Assembly (NCBI GenBank): GCA_945900775.1
Contig: CAMDJP010000008.1
Location: 5,296 to 69,295, forward strand
Direction: 5' to 3'
Origin: Akkermansia muciniphila
Lineage (GTDB): Bacteria > Verrucomicrobiota > Verrucomicrobiia > Limisphaerales > SIAT01
DNA length: 64,000 bases
A program made the position numbers and the translations under genes. Below are positions 59,915 through 64,000 of this stretch, in pieces (the first letter of the stretch is position 1; every line of letters begins with the position of its first letter). The notes below the pieces were generated by a model, which was given only the letters and a program-made list of their open reading frames with translations, was not told the DNA's origin and ran no database searches.

Positions 59915-59931
59915 CCGGCTTCCGTTGCCTG

Positions 59932-61200
59932 ATGCACTATTCAGGAGCCATCCATTTCCTCTTCGACCTCCAGAAGTTCGGCGCAAATCTCGGTCTGGAA
60001 AACCCACGCCGACTCGCCATGCTTGTGGATAATCCACAGACGCAACTTCGTTTCATTCACGTCGCCGGCTCGAATGGTAAAGGCTCCACCTGCGCGATGC
60101 TCGAGAGCATCTACCGCGCGGCGGGCTTGCGCGTCGGACTCTTCACCTCGCCGCACCTCGTCTCATTCCGCGAACGGATTCAAGTCAATCGCCAGTCGAT
60201 TGCTGCGGACGACGTCGCTCGAATCGTCGGTGAATTGAAGCCGCTGCTCGCGCAATTCCCATCCAACGCTGGCCCCACATTTTTTGAGGTCGTCACGGTG
60301 TTGGCGCTGCGCTATTTCGCGGAGCAACGCTGTGATTTGGTGATTTGGGAAACCGGCCTCGGCGGGCGACTCGATGCAACAAACATCGTGACGCCGCTCG
60401 CCAGCATCATCACGAACATTGCGTTGGAACACCAACAATGGCTCGGCGACACACTGACAAAGATCGCCGCCGAGAAGGCTGGCATCATCAAGCCCGGCGT
60501 GCCGGTCATCACCGCTGCCACAGAGCCTGAAGCTTTGGGTGTGATTGAAGAAACGGCTGTGCGACTCGATTCGCCGATTACGAAAATAGACTCCACCTCG
60601 GCTGGTGCGAAAATTCCGTTCACGCTGGCATTGCTGGGGGAACATCAGCAGGTCAATGCCGCCCTAGCTGTCGCTGCGGTCCGTGTGTTGCAGGCGAAGA
60701 TTCCGGTGAGCGACGACGACATTCGTCGGGGGTTGGAGACGGTCTCGTGGCCGGGACGGTTGCAGGTGGTAAAGCAACTGGACGGTCGAACATTCCTACT
60801 CGACGGCGCGCACAACGCCGCCGGCGTCGATTCGCTTCGGGCGGCGATGGCACGGTATTTTCCCGACGTGCGACCGGCGTTAGTACTCGGAATGCTGGCG
60901 GACAAAGATTGGCCAGCAATGGCGCGTGCACTCGCGCCACTGGCTGCGCGTATCGTCGCGGTTCCAGTGGAAAGCACGCGCACGGTGAACCCTGTCGAGT
61001 TGGCTGCAGTTTGCCGCGAGTCCAATCGCGCAGTGGAAGCGGCCGATTCGTTGAACGAAGCCTTGCGTCGGACGCAAAACGACCGTTTCATCCTTGTCAC
61101 TGGCTCGCTCTATTTGCTTGGCGAGGCTTTAGAACTGCTCGGGCTGCTGCCTTCGGATGGCGCCGAGCGTCGATTGAATGAATGGAAAACAAACAAGTGA
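59932..61200 (+). CDS. folC: Folylpolyglutamate synthase / dihydrofolate synthase
   Basis: 422 aa Mur-ligase fold with P-loop HVAGSNGKGST, VIWETGLGGRLDATN and ITNIALEHQQWLG. Confidence 0.9.
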   Translation: MHYSGAIHFLFDLQKFGANLGLENPRRLAMLVDNPQTQLRFIHVAGSNGKGSTCAMLESIYRAAGLRVGLFTSPHLVSFRERIQVNRQSIAADDVARIVGELKPLLAQFPSNAGPTFFEVVTVLALRYFAEQRCDLVIWETGLGGRLDATNIVTPLASIITNIALEHQQWLGDTLTKIAAEKAGIIKPGVPVITAATEPEALGVIEETAVRLDSPITKIDSTSAGAKIPFTLALLGEHQQVNAALAVAAVRVLQAKIPVSDDDIRRGLETVSWPGRLQVVKQLDGRTFLLDGAHNAAGVDSLRAAMARYFPDVRPALVLGMLADKDWPAMARALAPLAARIVAVPVESTRTVNPVELAAVCRESNRAVEAADSLNEALRRTQNDRFILVTGSLYLLGEALELLGLLPSDGAERRLNEWKTNK

Positions 61201-63370
61201 ACCGCGTCTGCGGCGGGTCGCACGGTTGGTGATGTTTGCCGCTGGTGCGATGTTGATGGCTGGCTGCGTGCAGCCGCGCGTCGGGTTGGATCCCAGCGCG
61301 CGCCTAGTCTATCCAATCACGGCCAAAGTTGAGCAGGTGGACGAGTTGCACGGCGTGAAAGTCGCCGACCCGTACCGCTGGCTGGAGGATGATCAATCGC
61401 CGCGCACGCGCGAGTGGGTCGCGGCGCAGAACCGGGTGACCTTCGATTACCTCGGGGCGATTCCGGAGCGCGAGGCAATCCAGCGGCGGTTGCGCGAATT
61501 GTGGAACTACGAGCGCTACGGCGTGCCGTTCCAGCGTGGCGGTCGTTATTTCTTCACGAAGAACGACGGATTGCAGAACCAGAGCGTGTTGTATGTGGCT
61601 GAATCGCTGGAGGCGAAACCGCGCACACTGCTTGATCCGAACAAACTGTCCAGTGACGGAACGGTAGCGCTCGCGGGCTACACGGCAAGCGAGGACGGCG
61701 CGCTGCTGGCGTACGGCGTCTCGACCGCCGGCTCCGACTGGCAGGAGTGGCGGGTGCGCGACGTGCGCACGGGACTCGACCTCGCCGACCGGCTGCGTTG
61801 GGTGAAGTTTTCCAGTGCATCGTGGACAAAGGACGGCAAAGGATTCTTCTACTCGCGCTACGACGAGCCGAAGGCGGGCGAGCAGTTGAAGGGGCAGAAC
61901 TTTTTCCAGAAACTTTACTTCCATCGCATCGGCACCCCGCAGTCGGCAGATGAGTTGGTCTATCAGCGCTCGGATCAGAAGATGTGGGGCTTCGGCGGTG
62001 AAGTGACCGAGGACGGCCGCTATCTCATCATCAGCGTCTGGCAGGGAACAGATCGCCGTAACCGCGTCTTTTACCGCGACCTCACGGTGGTCGGGGCGCC
62101 GGTGGTAGAGCTGTTGAACGACTTCGATGCTGCCTATGATTTCCTCGGCAACGACGGCGCCACATTCTGGTTTCGTACGGATTTGAACGCGCCGCGCGGT
62201 CGCGTGATCGGGGTGACTCTCGCGAAGCCCGCACGCGCGGAGTGGAAGGAGCTGATCCCGCAATCGACCGAGACGCTCCGGCAGGTGACGGTGGTGAACG
62301 ACCAGTTCATCGGCATCTACTTGCGCCACGCACGGAGCGAAGTGCGCGTGTTTGGCCTCGATGGCAAGGCAGTACGCACGGTGGCATTGCCAGGTATCGG
62401 AACGGTGGGCGGCTTTGGCGGGCGCCGCAGCGACACGGAAACGTTCTTCGCGTTCACCAGCTTCACCGTGCCGGGGGCGATTTACCGGCACGACCTACGC
62501 ACCGGCGCGAGCCGCGTGTTTCGCCAACCAAAGCTGCCGTTCAATGAGGACGGGTTCGTGGTGCGGCAGGTTCTCTACACGAGTCGCGATGGTCACCGCC
62601 TGCCGATGTTCATCGCGCACAAGAAAGATCTCGTGCTCGATGGCCGTAACCCGACTTATCTTTACGGCTATGGCGGATTCAATATCAGCCTCACGCCGAC
62701 CTTCTCGGTAGCGAACCTCGTCTGGATGGAGATGGGCGGCGTATTCGCGATGCCGAACCTGCGCGGCGGCGGCGAGTATGGCGAGGAGTGGCACAAGGCG
62801 GGGATGAAGGCGAAGAAACAAAATGTGTTCGACGACTTCACCGCGGCGGCGGAATGGCTGCAGGCGAACCTCTACACGCGGCCGGAGAAACTCGCCATCG
62901 GCGGCGGGAGCAACGGCGGCTTGCTGGTCGGCGCATGTATGACACAGCGACCGGAGCTCTTCGGGGCGGCGCTGCCGGCCGTTGGCGTGATGGACATGCT
63001 GCGCTTCCATAAGTTCACCATCGGCTGGGCCTGGCAGTCCGAGTACGGCTCGCCGGATAAGCCGGACGACTTCCGCGTGCTACGCGCCTACTCGCCGTTG
63101 CACAACCTACGCACCGGTACGCGTTATCCCGCCACGCTCGTCACGACCGGCGACCATGACGATCGCGTGGTTCCCGCCCACAGCTTCAAGTTCGCCGCCG
63201 CGCTGCAGGCTGCGCAGGCGGGCGAAGCACCTACCCTCATCCGTATCGAGACCAAGGCCGGCCATGGCGCAGGCAAGCCGACGGCGAAGCTCATCGAGGA
63301 AGCCGCTGACAAATGGGCCTTCCTCGTGCGTGCGCTGGAGATGCGCCCAGTCCTGCCGCCGGCGAAATAG
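61178..63370 (+). CDS. Prolyl endopeptidase (S9A), probable lipoprotein
   Basis: 730 aa. The signal reads RLRRVARLVMFAAGAMLMAGC with lipobox MAGC (alternative ATG at 61232). The N-terminal segment is HGVKVADPYRWLEDDQSPRTREWVAAQN. The catalytic Ser lies in GGSNGGLL, with Asp/His in TTGDHDDRV and KAGHGAG. Confidence 0.9.
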   Translation: MNGKQTSEPRLRRVARLVMFAAGAMLMAGCVQPRVGLDPSARLVYPITAKVEQVDELHGVKVADPYRWLEDDQSPRTREWVAAQNRVTFDYLGAIPEREAIQRRLRELWNYERYGVPFQRGGRYFFTKNDGLQNQSVLYVAESLEAKPRTLLDPNKLSSDGTVALAGYTASEDGALLAYGVSTAGSDWQEWRVRDVRTGLDLADRLRWVKFSSASWTKDGKGFFYSRYDEPKAGEQLKGQNFFQKLYFHRIGTPQSADELVYQRSDQKMWGFGGEVTEDGRYLIISVWQGTDRRNRVFYRDLTVVGAPVVELLNDFDAAYDFLGNDGATFWFRTDLNAPRGRVIGVTLAKPARAEWKELIPQSTETLRQVTVVNDQFIGIYLRHARSEVRVFGLDGKAVRTVALPGIGTVGGFGGRRSDTETFFAFTSFTVPGAIYRHDLRTGASRVFRQPKLPFNEDGFVVRQVLYTSRDGHRLPMFIAHKKDLVLDGRNPTYLYGYGGFNISLTPTFSVANLVWMEMGGVFAMPNLRGGGEYGEEWHKAGMKAKKQNVFDDFTAAAEWLQANLYTRPEKLAIGGGSNGGLLVGACMTQRPELFGAALPAVGVMDMLRFHKFTIGWAWQSEYGSPDKPDDFRVLRAYSPLHNLRTGTRYPATLVTTGDHDDRVVPAHSFKFAAALQAAQAGEAPTLIRIETKAGHGAGKPTAKLIEEAADKWAFLVRALEMRPVLPPAK

Positions 63371-63374
63371 TCTC

Positions 63375-64000
63375 GTGATTGAGCTCGCTGGCATCCAGGC
63401 CATCACCTTCGACGTGGGCGGCACGCTAATCGAGCCGTGGCCATCGGTCGGTCATATCTACGCTGAGGTGGCCGCCCACTACGATGTGAAGGACCTTGCG
63501 CCTGAGACATTGAACCGCAACTTCGCTGCGGCGTGGCGCGCAAAGAAGAACTTCAACCACACGCGCGACGGCTGGGCCGCGCTGGTGGACGAGACGTTCA
63601 CTAATCTCGTGGTCGAGCCGCCTAGCCGCACGTTCTTCCCCGCACTTTACGAGCGCTTCGCTGACGCAGCTGCATGGCGCGTATTCGACGACGTGCGACC
63701 GACACTGGATCGATTGCGCGCGCGTGGTGTGCGGATGGCGGTTCTTTCGAACTGGGACGAACGGCTGCACCCGTTGCTGCGCGAGCTGGAGTTGGACGAC
63801 TACTTCGAGACGCTCGTGGTCTCGTGCGACGTCGGCTTCGCGAAGCCGTCGCCCGTGATCTTCGAGCACACGGCACGCAAACTCGGTCTGCCGCCGTCGG
63901 CCATCCTGCACGTGGGTGACAGCGAGTGCGAGGATGGCGTCGGGTCGCGTGAGGCTGGTTTCCGCGGTGCACTCATCGCGCGCGGCAAGAAATCTTCGAA
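63375..64000 (+). CDS. HAD-superfamily hydrolase (3' end beyond the window)
   Basis: Not in the supplied track because the ORF is open at the window end. The GTG at 63375 gives VIELAGIQAITFDVGGTLIEP (motif I variant), then AVLSNWDER (motif II), KPSPVIF and HVGDSECEDGVG (motifs III/IV). Confidence 0.7.
   Translation, partial: MIELAGIQAITFDVGGTLIEPWPSVGHIYAEVAAHYDVKDLAPETLNRNFAAAWRAKKNFNHTRDGWAALVDETFTNLVVEPPSRTFFPALYERFADAAAWRVFDDVRPTLDRLRARGVRMAVLSNWDERLHPLLRELELDDYFETLVVSCDVGFAKPSPVIFEHTARKLGLPPSAILHVGDSECEDGVGSREAGFRGALIARGKKSS

Noticed and set aside
1-64000. Mobile elements, prophage, defence islands (restriction-modification, CBASS, retron, toxin-antitoxin and similar) or a biosynthetic gene cluster.
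   Set aside because: I could recognise no integrase, transposase, recombinase, nuclease, helicase, methyltransferase, reverse-transcriptase, PKS/NRPS or terpene synthase motifs in any listed ORF. The only decay signatures are the ggt stub, the RFYRV tail fragment and the 40.3-40.6 kb interrupted ORF.

Overview
This is a high-GC (roughly 60-65% by eye), densely coding bacterial chromosomal segment. I found no rRNA, tRNA, CRISPR array, transposase, integrase or phage genes.

The gene content suggests the PVC superphylum, probably Verrucomicrobiota. The pointers are a MoxR/DUF58/BatA_N operon, a HEAT + CxxCH heme-binding protein of the type I associate with Pirellula/Verrucomicrobium, an FG-GAP propeller, many very large exported proteins and an ...RFYRV tail. 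This taxonomic call is inference and was not checked by any search.

**Housekeeping blocks**
- gloA-like, folP, cdaA, a micro-ORF and glmM (minus strand, 1.6-5.3 kb).
- An S9 peptidase and a threonine aldolase.
- gltS.
- tal.
- thiG, heptose kinase, gmhB, kdsB, pyrG, folC, prolyl endopeptidase and a HAD hydrolase (55-64 kb).

**Accessory or unusual blocks**
1. A ~23-kb, 11-gene, tightly coupled operon (16859-40038). It starts with MoxR AAA+/DUF58/vWA (Bat-like) genes and continues into exported proteins: an EF-hand/lectin-like protein, a DUF4175-like pair, an alpha/alpha-toroid protein, a HEAT lipoprotein and two tandem paralogous >1250-aa helical-solenoid + PQQ-like beta-propeller proteins. 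One of the two paralogs carries an inserted discoidin domain.
2. A two-gene cassette on the minus strand: a VIT-vWA protein plus a 1195-aa secreted repeat protein. The repeat protein has an unrecognised ~45-aa HWG..PP.IQT.DL.PLPGGYG motif in five copies and a ~404-bp near-identical intragenic duplication. The cassette sits where a ggt gene has been truncated.
3. A five-gene envelope-lipid operon: an HpnN-like MMPL/RND transporter, a 483-aa aromatic-proline repeat protein and MlaE/F/D.
4. An FG-GAP propeller with two HEAT/cytochrome-c proteins.

No recognisable nuclease- or helicase-type defence genes were seen.

All functional calls come from reading motifs in the supplied translations. No database search, HMM or structure prediction was run.
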